A stretch of 64,000 bases of DNA from NCBI GenBank assembly GCA_030390025.1, contig CM059432.1:136526001-136590000 (forward strand), given 5' to 3'. The position numbers were made by a program, and so were the translations under genes. Below are positions 1 to 13,229 of this stretch, piece after piece; position 1 is the stretch's first letter; every line of letters starts with the position of its first letter. Source of the DNA: Squalus acanthias. Its lineage: Eukaryota. The notes under the pieces are model-generated. The model saw nothing but the letters and a program-made list of their open reading frames with translations, ran no database searches and was not told where the DNA came from.

Positions 1-513
1 GGCAACTGGGAATTTTGTACCAAGCTCTATTCAGGGGGAGATTGTAACTTTACTCGCTTGGCAGAAACCTGCCGTGTGGTACACATTGAATTATTTTGGT
101 AAAACCACCTCCTCTATTATAGTTTTACACTACCTTTACATTCAGCAGCTCACTGATAGCTTACAAACTCCACCTTGCACACTGACTGAATTGTCCAGTC
201 TGGATCTACCTGGTTGCCGAGCTGCAACATTGATACAGCATTTACCCAGTTTGAAGGAAACGCCACTAATTTTTCATACTCGGACTGATATATCTTTACA
301 TCAGCAACTGCAGTTTCAGCAAGTGATGGTTAACGCTGCACCTAAAGTCCAAATTTATTAAACAGCTTTGAAAGTATTGTAAAGGCAACCCAAAGAACCA
401 CACTATGCATACAAAAAAACATGGTAAATTTACATTGTTAGCTCTCCTGGCGTAGAACTTTGTGCACTGGATATCCAAGCATGTACACTATTCACACACC
501 CATGAGTTTCCAT

Positions 514-1062
514 CAACAACAACAACTTGCATTTCGCTAGCGCCTTTAACATAGTAAATTTTCCCAAGGCAGCGTCACAGCAGCGATTATCAAACAAAAC
601 TGGACACAGAGCCACATAAAGAGATATTAGGACAGATGACCAAAAGCTTGGTCAAAGAGGTAGGTTTTAAGAAGTGTTTTAAAGGAGGAGAGAGAGAGGT
701 AGAGAGGTGGAAAGATTTAGGGAGGGAATTCCTGAGCTGAGGGCCTCGGCAGCTGAAGGCACGGCCACCAATGGTGGAGCGAAGGAAATCGAGGATGCGC
801 AAGAAGCCAGAATTGGAGGAGCGCAGAGATCTCGGAGGGTTGTAGGGTTGGAGGAGGTTACAGAGATAGTGAGGGGCGAGGCCGTGGAGGGATTTAAAAA
901 CAAGAGTGAGAATTTTAAAATCGAGGCGTTGCCGGACCAGGTGCCAATAGAGGTCAATGGGCAAAGGGGTGATGGGTGAACAGGACTTGGTACGAATTAG
1001 GATACGGGCAGCAGAGATTTGGATGAGTTTACGGAGGGTGCAAGGTGGGAGGGTGGTCAGGC
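514..1062 (-). mobile_element. L2-clade LINE 3' fragment
   Basis: ORF 590..1117(-) has L2 ORF2 C-terminal motifs (LYWHLVRQRLDFKIL, GGRAFS, LRNSLP); (CAA)n tail at ~514-526. Confidence 0.85.
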
Positions 1063-1689
1063 CATCTAGTAAAATGAATGGACGTAAAATTGGCCCTTGG
1101 AGCAGGTATGTGCCCAAATTCCGACATGCCCTCCTGTCAAAGGTAGTTATCCGCTTGGGGCACCAGAAAGCAAAAATATACCCACCTCGGTTTATGTAGT
1201 ACTATACATGAAAACATTGCAGGGATATTAGCTCTCTGATCTGAAGTGTCATCAAGGGTTATAGGTCATACAGACCACTTCTGTGTATTCTCATCATGTC
1301 ATCATGTTGTCGGTTTATTGATGTTAATTTTTTTTTAGCAAAGCCAGCCATTGAGACATTGTGTGTCAATCAGTCTGTCATGGTTTGTGTTGCTGGCTGT
1401 CAACAGGACTGATTGCCTAGTCAATAGAAACTCATTATTTTTCATCTAGTGCCTTTCATATTCAGGCCATGATTAAACCCGAGGCCATAGACTGGAAGCC
1501 AGGCAGTGCTGGTTAAAACTGTTATATTGGGGGAAACTTTCAGCAACAACAATCAATAAAGCAATGTTTTGGAGCATTGCAAGCTTTTAAAGAAAAGTAA
1601 CCTCAAAGCATTGATTGAGCACTGTGGGAAAAGGACCAGTGTTGTTTAAAAAGGGACAGGAAAGGCCTATTGGGCAAAGGCATCTTGTG

Positions 1690-2215
1690 TGCAATAGGTG
1701 TCTGGCTACAGGAACAGCTTCCTTCACGTTAATGCTACGTATGCAGGGAGCTGCCGTTACCCCTTTATCCTGAGGCAATCTAGAGTCTTTGCTCTATTTC
1801 AGAATCAAGGGCAAGCCACGGGATGGCTACTTGGTGGAAAGGGCTACCCGATGCTGCCATGACTCATGACTCCCCACTGTGTCAGATAACAGTGCACCAG
1901 AGGAGTGCTGCAATGAAGCTCGTATCCAAACTCATATTACAATTGAGTGAGCTATGGGTATGCGGAAATGAAGATGCAAGTGCCTGGGTTTGGCTCATTG
2001 CAATAGGGTCCTAGCACCGTCTCTAAAATTGTCACAGCCCACTGTGTCCTCCACAATTTTGCATCGCAGAAAGGCCTGCACATAGAGGAGAAAGGAAAGG
2101 CACAAAATAAAACCAGTTGAGGCAGATGAGCAAAGACATGAAGAAGATGCTGCAGCATCACAGACAGCTGGAGATAGAAAGATCTAAAGCAGACTTACTC
2201 AAGGCAAGTTCAGTC
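1690..2215 (+). pseudogene. Degraded PIF/Harbinger DDE transposase relic
   Basis: Manual translation: YAGSCRYPFILRQS (1740), GWLLGGKGYPMLP*LMTP (1821), IE*AMGMRK*RCKCL, CVLHNFASQKG (~2043). Collinear with [32 protein letters not shown] and [11 protein letters not shown] of the ORF at 50109-51323. Confidence 0.8.
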
Positions 2216-2446
2216 ATCTGCGATCCATCTCTTGACCACCTCAGCAACCATCATGATGACCATTATCCAAAGCTTGGGATCCCTTTGCTAGTCCCTCCAG
2301 TTAAATTGATATGCATGAGTCTCCGAAAGAAAGAAATCTATAAATCATTATTCACAATTGCAGTTCCAGTTTATATTGAAATGACGTACAAATAAAGGGC
2401 ACCCAATGCATCTTTAAGATATTGGAACAAAATGCAGAAACATTAA

Positions 2447-2750
2447 CTAAGTATCAGCACTGCGCTTACCCCTGGTGATCTCTACTTTGGCCATTCTTAC
2501 ATTTATTCCAGGTGGCACCAGAGAGCTTACGGTCTGTGATGTGGGCAGCCGCTTATCTTTACAATTAGCCTCGTTGGATGGTCCTCTCAGGACCGCTGAA
2601 TTTCCGGGATAACCTACCGCAGGCTGCTTCTCAGGGTTTGGTTCCTCAGTAGCCTGGGTCTGCTGACTTACTCTCACTTGCGAAGGTGTATGAGGAGAGC
2701 AGGCTCCTCAAAGTGCTCGCCTGGCCACACTGGAAGCAGGGACTGCATAC
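2447..2750 (-). pseudogene. Possible 3' relic of the Harbinger Myb-like partner gene
   Basis: Converges on the transposase relic as in the element at 47652-51829; low-complexity ORF ending in a basic tail (TRGKRSADT). Compositional similarity only. Confidence 0.3.
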
Positions 2751-2804
2751 TGGTGACCATAGATCTAAGGGAATCAATAAGATCCCCGAACCCCTGATAG
2801 AATT

Positions 2805-4337
2805 TTAAATGGAGAGAGACTACAGAATGCTGCGGTACAGAAAGATCTGGGGGACCTCATACATGAAATACAAAAAAGTTAGCATGCAGGTACAGCAAGT
2901 AATTAGGAAGGCAAATGGAATGTTGGCCTTTTTGGCAACTGGGATGGAGTATAAAGTAGGGAAGTCTTGCTACAACTGTACAGGGCATTGGTGAGACCAC
3001 ACCTGGAGTACTGCATACTGTTTTGGTCTCCTTATTTAAGGAGGGATATACTTGCATTGGAGGCAGTTCAGAGAAGGTTCACGAGGTTGATTCCTGAGAT
3101 GAAAGGGTTGTCTTATGAGGAAAAGTTGAGCAGGTTGGGCCTATACACATTGGAGTTTAGATGAATGAGAGGTGATCTTATTGAAACATATAAGATTCTG
3201 AGGGGGCTTGACAGGGTAGATGCTGAGAGGCTGTTTCCCCTCGTGGGGGAATCTAGAACTAGGGGGCATAGTTTCAGGATAAGGGGTTGCCCATTTAAGA
3301 TGGAGATGAGGAGGAATTTCTTCTCTCAGAGGGTCGTGAATCACTGGAATTCTCTACAACAACAACAACAACAACTTGTATTTATATAGCATCTTTAACA
3401 TAGTAAAACGTCCCAAGGCGCTGCACAGGAGTATTTTAAGACAAAAAATTTGACACAAGCCACATAAGGATAAATTAGGGCAGGTGACTAAAAGCTTGCT
3501 CAAAGAGGTAGGTTTTAAGGAGCATCTTAAAGGAGGAAAGAGAGGTAGCGAGGTGGAGAGGTTTAGGCAGGGAATTCCAGAGCTTAGGGCCGAAGCAACA
3601 GAAGGCACAGCCACCAAAGGTTGAGCGATTATAATCAGGGATGCTCAAGAGGGCAGAATTAGAGGATCGTAGCTCTCTCGGGGGGTTGTGGGGCTGAAGG
3701 AGATTACAGAGATAGGAAGGGGTGAGGCCATGGAGGGATTTGAAAACAAGGATGAGAATTTTTAAATTGAGGCGCTGCTTAACCGGGAGCCAATGTAGGT
3801 CAGCGAGCACAGGGGTGATGGGCGAACGGGACTTGGTGCGAGTTAGGACACGGGCAGCTGAGTTTTGGATGACCTCAAGTTTACGTAGGGTGGAATGTGG
3901 GAGGCCAGCCAGGAGTGTGTTGGAATAGCCAAGTCTAGAGGTAACATGAGGGTTTCAGCAGCGGATGAGGTGAGGCAAGGGCAGAGACGGACGATGTTAC
4001 AGAGGTGGAAGTAGGCGGTCTTTGTTATGCTGCGGATATGTGGTCGGGTCAAACATGACACCAAGGTTGCGAACAGTGTGGTTCAGCCTCAGACAGATGT
4101 TAGGGAGAGGGATGCAGTCAGTGGCTAGGGAACGGAGCTGTGGAGGCTGAGTCAGTGAATATATTCAAGGTGGAGATAGACATATATTTGAACTACAGGG
4201 GAGTTAAGGGTTATGGGGAACAGGCAGAAAAGTGGAGTTGAGGCCTAGATCAGATCAGCCATGATCTTATTGAATGGCGGAGCAGGCTCGAGGGGCTGAA
4301 TGGCCTACTCCTGCTTCTATTTCTTATGTTCTTATGT
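2805..4337 (+). mobile_element. CR1 LINE 3' fragment interrupted by an L2 insertion
   Basis: LYRALVRPHLEYC and RGDLIETYK motifs; breaks at ~3356, resumes at ~4138 and ends in a TTCTTATG tail. Confidence 0.9.
3357..4137 (-). mobile_element. L2 LINE 3' fragment nested in CR1
   Basis: (AAC)n tail at ~3357-3375; ORF 3475..3810 LADLHWLPVKQR...LKTYLF. Confidence 0.9.
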
Positions 4338-4869
4338 TACTGTGTACCTGATATCCTCCAACCTCTCCAAGATCTTGTTTTGGAGAAATATGAATCCAGT
4401 AATTATCTACTCAACATTAGAACACAATGAATTGATGATGGTGGAGAAGGTGCACACTCCCACTGCCTCCACCCTTGCAATGAGTTTATTTTAGTTCTGG
4501 AAACCAGTTTTTATCCGTTTGGAACTGGAGGGATAAGAATCCATGTAAGTCTGCTGGGAGTGCAGAGATTGGGCTGGGAATTGGCTACGGTAGGTCCTGG
4601 CTTCTGTTGGTAGTTTCCATGGGGGCCATGTGGGATGGAATCTCTATCCGCCCCAAACATCACACCTGACTTCAGAGGGGGTGGGCCAAAGGGAAGAAAA
4701 TTCTTTTGCCTTGGTTAAGCCGAGCGGCCAGTACACCAGGCTCATCCAGAAGTACTGGGCCTTACTGGTAAGTACGGCCCACCTGGGGATCCAAGTCTGG
4801 TTCCTGGCTTGGATCTCTGAAGTACAGTAAATTGTGCGGCTCCGTGAAAAGCTTGGCTCCCACTTGTTT

Positions 4870-5292
4870 AGTGTCAGCCATAGCTCAGTTGCCTCTGAGT
4901 CAGAAGGACAAGGGTTTATATTGGAGCACGTTATCTAGGCTGACACTCCCAGTGCAGTACTGAGGGAGTGCTGCACTGTCAGAAGTGCTGTCTTTTGGAT
5001 GAGACGTTAAACCAAGACCCTGCCTTCTCTCTCAGGTGAATGTAAAAGATCCCATGGCACTATTTTGAAGAAGAGCAGGGGTATTCTCCAAGTGTCCTGG
5101 CCAATATTCATTCCTCAACCAACACCTAAAACAGATGATCTGGTCATTATCTCATTGCTGTGCACAAATTGGCTGCCATGTTTCCTACATTTACAACAGT
5201 GATTACACTTCAATAATATTTAATTGGCTGTAAAGCACTTTGGGATGTCCTGAGGTCATGAAAGGTTCTTTAGAAATGCATGTTCTTTCTTT
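4870..5292 (+). mobile_element. tRNA-derived SINE with Deu-like core and L2-type tail
   Basis: TAGCTCAGTT-like head; core TGAGGGAGTGCTGCACTGTC...GATGAGACGTTAAACC...AAAAGATCCCATGGCACTATT repeated in the window; 3' end resembles the L2 tail. Confidence 0.75.
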
Positions 5293-6654
5293 GCTTGTAA
5301 ATGAGGCCACTAGGCCATTTAATGGTTGTTGCTGGCTGAAGAATGAGTGCTTGTCCAGTGCCGCATTATCCGCCCTCCCCCCACTCTGGTGGGCACTTGT
5401 GCCACTACAGATACACCACCAAAGTGGGGGTGGGGCCCAGGCAACGTGACGCCAGCCAGCCACTCATTCTTCAGCCGATGGCCATGCCCCCAGCAACGAT
5501 TTTTAAACGGTCTCTCGAATTGAAATTGGGGGACCTACCCCCGACCCCCAAATCTTTGGCGGGGTCAGGGGTGAAGGGCCATGGTGCGAACACTCCAGGA
5601 GTTGCACTGGGGGATTGCAACTGTAGATTTTCAGCCAACTATCCATTTTACTTCCACTTTGAATGTCTAATACTGTACCATACATAACATATACAATGAA
5701 ATTGGTGTGCATTGGGCAACATAAGAAGCATGCAGCCTTGTTATTCAGAAAATGATTGAATAATTAAGTATTATTCATTGCAAAGCATTTGACTATTGTT
5801 CAATTCAGCCTGAAAATAGCAAAACTAAAGAGGAATATTAAACAAAGATTTTAACCTAATGCTCAGGAAATGCTACATTCCGTCATTCTAATGCCTCAGC
5901 AGTGTCCCTCTGCCCTGGTCTTGAATACCTGAATTTTTCCCAAATAGCAAATGCAGGATACAGAACAAGTTTCCACAATACATCGCAATCTCATTATGGT
6001 AGTACAACGCTCTTATTTTCATATATAAATTGTGGTTTCTTCGAGTGCGGTTAAAACGCCTGCAAACGCGTTCCTCTTTTTCTTTAATATTTCATCATTA
6101 AATGGCAAAATAACCTGATATGATCCTAATTTAGTGCCAATTACACTGCATTGATCAAAGTGACCTTTTCATACCGGAGCACAAAAATCAATCCAGCTGT
6201 ACAACCAATGTCAGGGGGATGGGAGCAACATATAATCTGTGACAATCAAAACATTACTTACAATTGAAATCACCAATGACCTGCATGCCAAGGCAATTTC
6301 TGCATGATGTACACTGTTTTTGTTTGCCACATAGTTTGGTCCCCACTGTTTGATGTCGAACAGAACTGCATTATTTCACTCAAGTACTGACAGATGAAGC
6401 AATGCACAAACCTCTGCCACCAGCGCCACAATGAGAGAAGCAATCATAATTGTAAATTCTTCTTGGCTAATCAGTGGAGCATAGGAGAGCGCAAACTGGA
6501 AGAAGCACTGGTGTTTTGTTTTGTTAGATCTGACACCATCCAATTCCCCCCTCCCGCACTCCCTCCCATCCCTACCACCAGGTCCAGAGAACCTTGGTAG
6601 TGTAACGCAAAACACAAAATCACTATTTCCTACGCAGTAGTGAACAAATTCCTC

Positions 6655-7097
6655 AGCAACTTGCATTTATATAGCACGTTTATTGTAGTAAAAAGTCCCA
6701 AGGTGTTTCACGGCAGCGTTATCATATAAAATTTGATACCAAGCCACATAAGGAGATATTAGGACAGGTGACCAAAAGCTTGGTGAAAGAGGTAGGTTTT
6801 AAGGAGCGTCTTAAAGGAGGAGAGAGAAATAGAGGTTTAGGGAGGGAATTCCAGAGCTTAGGGCCTAGGCAGTTGAAGGCATGGCCGCCAATGGAGGGAT
6901 GCACGAGGCCAGAATTGGAGGAGCGCAGAGATCTCGGAGGGTTGTAGGGCTGGAGGGGGTTACAGAGATAAAGAGGGATGAGGCCACGGAGAGATTTGAA
7001 AACAAGGATGAGAATTTTTAAATTGAGGCGTAGTCGGACCGGGAGCCAATGTAGGTCAGCGAGCACAGGGGCGATGGGTGAATGGGACTTGGTGCGA
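6655..7097 (-). mobile_element. L2 LINE 3' fragment
   Basis: ORF 6722..7126 VLADLHWLPVR...KLWNSLP; CAACTTGCATTTATATAGC terminus. Confidence 0.85.
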
Positions 7098-8149
7098 TGA
7101 TAGATCCTTCTTGACATACTGAGCATTGAATACAGAATATGCTGGAAACAACAATTGTTTAAAGTACTGCAGCACTCTATGGCGACACAGAGTGTATGTA
7201 TGGGACTGATGCTGGCCAGACAGGCTGGAGCTTATTCTGTAGTCATAGCTGCTTGGACTTTGTGGCCCTGAAAGTGCATGGGCTGTGATCCTAGCAGTTG
7301 CAATGGCATCGCACCCACCAGTGCATTCTATCACTGACCCCGCTGGAATATGCAATCTCATAGGAAGGAACCTTATTTGCATGGGCCCATTTCAGTTGTC
7401 TGGTTCCCCAACTCCCAAAATAAACAATTTTTACATCCCTTCAGCCCCCTTTTTAATAGGTCAATCATAAATTTTATTGGAGAATTATAATTTTTTTAAC
7501 CTGATGTTCATGTGTCTTCCCTGGCTAGGAACCGATCCCGCCCGCACCCCCGCCCCCCCCCCCCCCGCTCCCCGCCATGGTGGGGCCCACTTGTACCCTT
7601 CCGCAAGGCACTATGCCTCATCTCACTGGGTGTATCTGACGTCAATCTTACTGAGGTCAGGGAGGGGCAACTCGCAGCGTAGGGAGTGCCCGCACCATCT
7701 GACACGGGAGAGGCCATGTTTGAGGTGCACAGTAGTTGTGCCCCAGACAAGGACCCTGGGAACTCCCAGCAAAGGCCAGGGCATGATGGACCTGGGTCCT
7801 GGCCTATTTACAAGGCGCTCTGCTACATTCATGCTGGAGTTACAGGGGTGTGTTAGAAGGCCTGTGTAATTTTGGGGACTTACATTGCACGGAACTGCTA
7901 TGAAATATGGAATACGAAAGCTCAGATTAAAGCACGTCAGAAATGTATATATATTTACAACAAAATAGTTTTTCGTGATTTCGTAAATTGGTTCCCCACT
8001 GACCAGGTCATAGAAGATAAGTGTTGTGGATGCCTACTCGCGAACATAATTCTCTGTGATTCTGACCATGGTGTAATATCACTTCTCATCTTCCACAACC
8101 TCTATTACAGCCTTTGATGGAGTTGATCACATTATCTTCCTATTCCGTT

Positions 8150-8975
8150 GCCCAACGCAGTGGGACTGCTTTCATTTGGTTCCATTCTTACCTGCCCAAT
8201 TGTATCCAGAGCATCTCCATCAATGACTGCTCTTCCCAGCCCTGCACTGTTACCGCCAGAGTCCCCCAAGGTCTATCCTCACCTCCCCCTTCTACACGCT
8301 GCTTCTTAAGGGCATCACTTGCAGACATGAGATCAATTTCCACATGTAGAGTAATGACTCTATCTCTCTATCATCTCTCTTGACCCTTCCACCCAATGTC
8401 TCAGGCTGAACCAGACTGTTTGCAACATTACCATCCTTTTCTAACTTGAGCTCAGCCTCTAACCCTCTAGCCTCTCCACCACAAAGACTGCCTACTTCTA
8501 GCTCTGTAACATCACCTGTCTCCACCCCTAGTTCAGCCCATCTGCTGCTGAAACCCTCATCCATGCCTTTGTCACCTCCATTCTTGACCATTCCGATGCT
8601 CTCCTGCTGGACCTCCATATTCTATCCTTTGTAAACTTCAGCTGCCTTTATCCTAGCCTGTACCAAATCTCAGTCTTCAATCACCCCTGTCTTCTGGTCC
8701 CCCATTGTCTCAAATTTAAATTTCTCATCCTCTTGTTTAAACCTTTTAATGGCCTCCTGCCTCCCTATCGCTGTAACCTTGTCCAGCCCTACAAGACGCC
8801 TCAAATTTTGCATTTCTCTGACACCGGCCACTTGTGCATCCCCCCTTCCTCCTCCCCAACGTTGGCAGCTGCCTAGACCTCATGCTTTGGAATTCTCTCT
8901 GTAAATCGCTCCACCTCTCTACCTCTCTCTACCCCTTAAAGATGGTCCTTAAAACAAACCTCTTTAACCAAGCCA
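8150..8975 (+). mobile_element. Older, diverged L2 LINE fragment
   Basis: WFHSYL...RVPQG RT motif in ORF 8114..8383; similar to the L2 copy at 42826-43523. Confidence 0.75.
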
Positions 8976-8977
8976 CT

Positions 8978-9380
8978 TCAGGGACTTGAGCACAATAATC
9001 TAGGCTGACACTCCAGTGCAGTGCTGAGGGAGTGCTGCACTGTCGGAGGTGCCGTCTTTTAGATGAGACATTAAACCGAGGCCCTGTCTGCTCGCTCAGG
9101 TGGACGTAAAAGATCCTATGACACAATTTCAAAAAAGAGCAGGGGAGTTATCCCCGGTGTCCTCGGGCCAATATTTATCCCTCAATCAACATCAATAAAA
9201 CAGATTATTTGGTCACTATCACATTGCTGTTTGTGGGAGCTTGCTGTGCTCAAATCGGCTGCTGCGTTTCCTACATTACAACAGTGACTACACTTCAGAA
9301 ACGCACTTCATTGGCTGTAAAGCGCTTTGGGACGTCCAGTGGTCGTGAAAGGCACTAGATAAATGCAAGTCTTTCTTTCT
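8978..9380 (+). mobile_element. Deu-core SINE (head truncated)
   Basis: Same core and tail as 4870-5292; ends in a TCTT-rich tail. Confidence 0.8.
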
Positions 9381-10787
9381 CTCTTTTTCTCTCTCTTTCT
9401 TTTTTTCTTTCCGTCCCCCCTCCTAACATCATCCTTCTTTTGGCTTGGCATCCATTTTTTGATGGCGTCTCTATGAAGTGACTCAGGATGTTTTTCTGAA
9501 TTCAAGTCATGTTGTTGTAGTTCTTCTTTCTTTTTGAGCTTCATCTCAATGGGTGCGGTTTACCAAGTCCTGCCAGTTTGCTAGATGGCCTGCTTGATGG
9601 TGACATGAATGCTCTCAAGTGAAGCAAAGACAGAGAAGAATGAATCACAGAAAAGAATTGCTTGTTAGACAATCACAGAGCAGCACTGATACATAGGCAC
9701 CAATTTTCAGCGGAAAAGGGTGGCAGCGAGAAACCCCAACTTTGCACCATCTTCACATCCACTGCTAGTTTGGAGGGGGCCTTGAAGTAGGTAACCAGCA
9801 CTCTCGCCTGAAACAGGAACAGAACACACAACTAGCACTCTTCTCCTTAAAGAGACTATTCCGAAAACATTCAAGGTAAGTTTTTTTAAATGATTCTTGT
9901 GGAGCCAGGGGGAGCATGGGGCCAGGAGGTCAACCTCCAGGTTTCCTCTTCTGTGAGTTGTGTTATATGTTGTCAAGCCTTGAATGTTGGATGGCAATCC
10001 ACCTTGTCAGGTGGTGTCTACCCATGCTTCATCCTTTGGTTCTGCCTCATTGTCTACATCTTCCTCCTCAGGCAAGGTGATGACACCTCTGCCAAAGGGA
10101 CCAGCCATAGCCTGGGGTGTGCATGAATAATCTGTGCGTAGACAAGTAAGTATAACTTACAAATGTATCACTTTGGACTCCGCATGACTTGAACACCTTT
10201 TATAACTTATACAGCCACTTTTTGCAAGAGCCAATAATTGTTTCAACAACTCCTTCCTTTGCTGACCTTTATTCTGGGCCACCTTCAGCCTTGCCACCTT
10301 GGAGAACTTTAACTCGGGGATCAATGCCCACTTGCTATAGGTGAATGGATATCTGAACCTGCCATTTCCTCTTTCCTTTCAGTAGAAACTCATGACTTGA
10401 ATAACACTTGTGCATTACGAAAGTCTGTGCACTATCCTGCTTCCGTTATTGCCTGTACTAAATAAACCAGCCATTAACGTCAGGGTGTTATTTCTGATTT
10501 TAAGCTGCATTATTACATCTTACACAGAATTTACAGCACAGAAACAGGCCATTCGGCCCAACTGGTCTACGCCAGTATTTATGCTCCACACACGAGCCTC
10601 TTCCCACTCTACTTCCAGCTCACCCTATCTGCAGACCCTTCTATTTCTTTCTCCCCCATATACTTATCTAGCTTCCACTTAAATGCATCTATGCTTGTGT
10701 GCCATTAGATGGCTTAGCTTACCAATGGTAGTAAATTAACATGCAGAAAAGACTGAAAATGGCATTCTAATGGTTGTCTGTAACTAC

Positions 10788-11574
10788 GGGCACGATTTTG
10801 CCAGCCCTAGGGAGGCGGGTATGGAGGCGGGACTGCCGGGAAAATGGCAGAATCTGGGGGCGGGTGCCCAACCCGCCCCCCAACCCGCCTCCGTGCCATC
10901 TTGCCAGGAGGCAGGTAGCCTACCTGCAGGTAGTTAACAGGCAGTTAAGAGGATTATCCCCATTTTACCCACACAAGTGCGGGCTTCCTGAAGGCTCCAA
11001 ACCCTGCCAGGGTCACCGAGGCGAGTAGTGGGTCTGCGGGGGTCGGAGGGTTGCAAAAGTGTGCTGTGAAGGTAAGTGATGGGTGCAAGTGTGGAGAGGT
11101 GAGTATGTGAGGTAAATGGAAAGTGATAGAAAAAGTTTACTTACCTTTGTTTCTTCCTGCAGGCTTCAATCGGTGGGTATGTGGAGAGTCTCGCACCTCC
11201 GCGGCAGAGATGACAGATGGCCGTTGCATTCTTCAAAGCAACAACCATCTAATTTCTGCAAAAGAAAGAGGTTTGATGAGGTCTTGAATTCAAGAACTCA
11301 TCAAACTACAGAGAATGTCAGTGTTTGACAGCTTCACAGAGCTGTCAAACGATGACAATTCATCTGTCAAAAATTTTTGACAGATGAAACGTCATACGTT
11401 GACGTTCTCTGTAACTGGCTTTCCCTTAATTGGCCTGCTAAGCCCGCTGGGTGGGCTTAACAAGGTCAATCAAGGGAAAATAGCGTGGGTTGGCCAGAAG
11501 TTGATGGAGGCGGGACTAAAACCCGACAAGTGGGAGACCCGCCTCCAAAAGCTCCCCATTGGCAAAATCAGCCC
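10788..11574. mobile_element. Harbinger-type non-autonomous element, family A copy 1
   Basis: TIRs GGGCACGATTTTGCC / GGCAAAATCAGCCC; TAC on both flanks (10785-10787, 11575-11577); similar along its length to 29319-30152 and 55013-55846. Confidence 0.85.
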
Positions 11575-11899
11575 TACATGTAATTACTGTTCATCCACCA
11601 CCAAAATTGCCTTGACAGCCACAGGCAGGACAATCCTACTGTGTACGTTTTTATGAAGTACCAAACTGAAATTGCCAATAAACCATATTTAAGATAAAAA
11701 TCATGGCTCCGATGGATTATGTTTAATAACTTTGCTGCTCCACTCATGAAACAGTAGTGACGGCACATATTGGTTTTGTAAACAAGTGTTTTTGGACAGA
11801 AAGCAATGCACCCCTGATGACAGCCCCTTTAAGTTGAATTGTAGAGTCATTTTTAGTCGAAGTACTTCCAACCGTGCTTCTACAGCAAGTCTACAAGTC

Positions 11900-13000
11900 C
11901 AGCTCCTAACAATCATATTCCTACTGCCATTAACTCAATCATGTAATCATCAGCCATTTTCCCAGTCCTGGTCAGTTTGTCACACTCTCGTTATCCATGC
12001 TACCAATTCTCATCAGTTAGTCAAAAGGAAAAACAGCCATACTCCCAGTTGGTGAATCAATCAGTCAAATGCCCACCAGTCGAACTCTCACTCTTTGTTC
12101 ATCACTTAAAATGCCATCTGTCCTGCTCCTAGTCATTCAAAAAGACCAACCAGTCCTAGTTATTACATTGGTTAAAAAAAGAAAGAAAAAGAAAAACTAC
12201 CAGCCTGTCTCACTGAGCCTTGGTCACTAAATCAGTCAAAAGCCTACCAGCCATTCTCCCAATCTTGTTCAATCAGTCAAAAATGCCAGCTATGGTCCCA
12301 GTAATAGTCAGTCAAATATCCATTCATTGTGCTCTCAGTCCTCACCAGTAAGTAATACAGCCATCAACCACACTGCTAGTCCTGAACAGTCAGTGCAACA
12401 CACAACCTCCAGTCCAAGTCAGTTAGTCAAATACCCAGAAGCCAGATTTCCAATCGTGGTCAGCTCTGTTAGTCATATCCTAGTTCTGGTCTGTAAATGA
12501 ATCAAAATCCCACCAGTCATACTCCCAGTCTTCAACATTTAGCGAAATAAATGCCAAGCATACTCCAAGTCCTTGTCAGTCATCCAAACGTTTATTTGAG
12601 CGATACTTTCAATCATGGCCAGTTGTTCCAAAACATTCACGAGCCATAATCCTGACCTTGCTCAGTCATATTTCTATCAGTCATGCTGTCAGTTCTCATT
12701 CTGTACAATTTCTTTTGGTTGGTCAGTCAAAAATTCAATAGGCAGCCTTTGACCTCAGTCCGTCAGTGAAGTATCTGTGTGCAATCCTTCTGGCCGTGGG
12801 GAGTTAACCCTAACCAAGTGGCATGCTTCTACTCTAAGTTGACCAATCGACCTACCTCCTGCCACACGCTCTCAATCCTTATTAATCATACAAATATGCA
12901 CCAATCTCACTTCAGTTTCAAGTTAGTCCCTCAAGCATTCACCAACCACCCTCTCAATCATCCATTCAGACATTTCAAATATACCTTTCCCAGCCAAGCA
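11900..13000. repeat. Ancient degenerate tandem repeat, period ~40 bp
   Basis: Recurrent TCAGTCAAA...CCAG(T/C)CAT...CCCA(G/A)TC units, e.g. starting near 12061, 12232, 12272 and 12308. Confidence 0.6.
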
Positions 13001-13229
13001 CTCAATACAAATTGCAAGTTGTTGCTTTACTGTCTCCAGTTTTTTTTCCCAAAAACCTGTCCATGACCTGTTCCAGTGCTTATTATTGACTTTGATGCTG
13101 TAAAGTCATTCACAAACCCTGCAGCCATCTTGCTCCTAATGGTAGTTAATCTATCACGTAACTAGTTTCCAATTGGATTGTGACATTTAACCCCAGTCAC
13201 CTAATCAGCACAAACAATAGTGAACGGCC

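Noticed and set aside
11116..11656. Repeated small ORFs shared with 29693-30164 and 55395-55912 as a gene family
   Set aside because: Similarity follows from being copies of one MITE; frames and stops are not preserved between copies.
11900..13000. CRISPR-like repeat-spacer array
   Set aside because: Repeats are highly degenerate with no constant repeat/unique spacer structure, no cas genes, and a vertebrate-type context.
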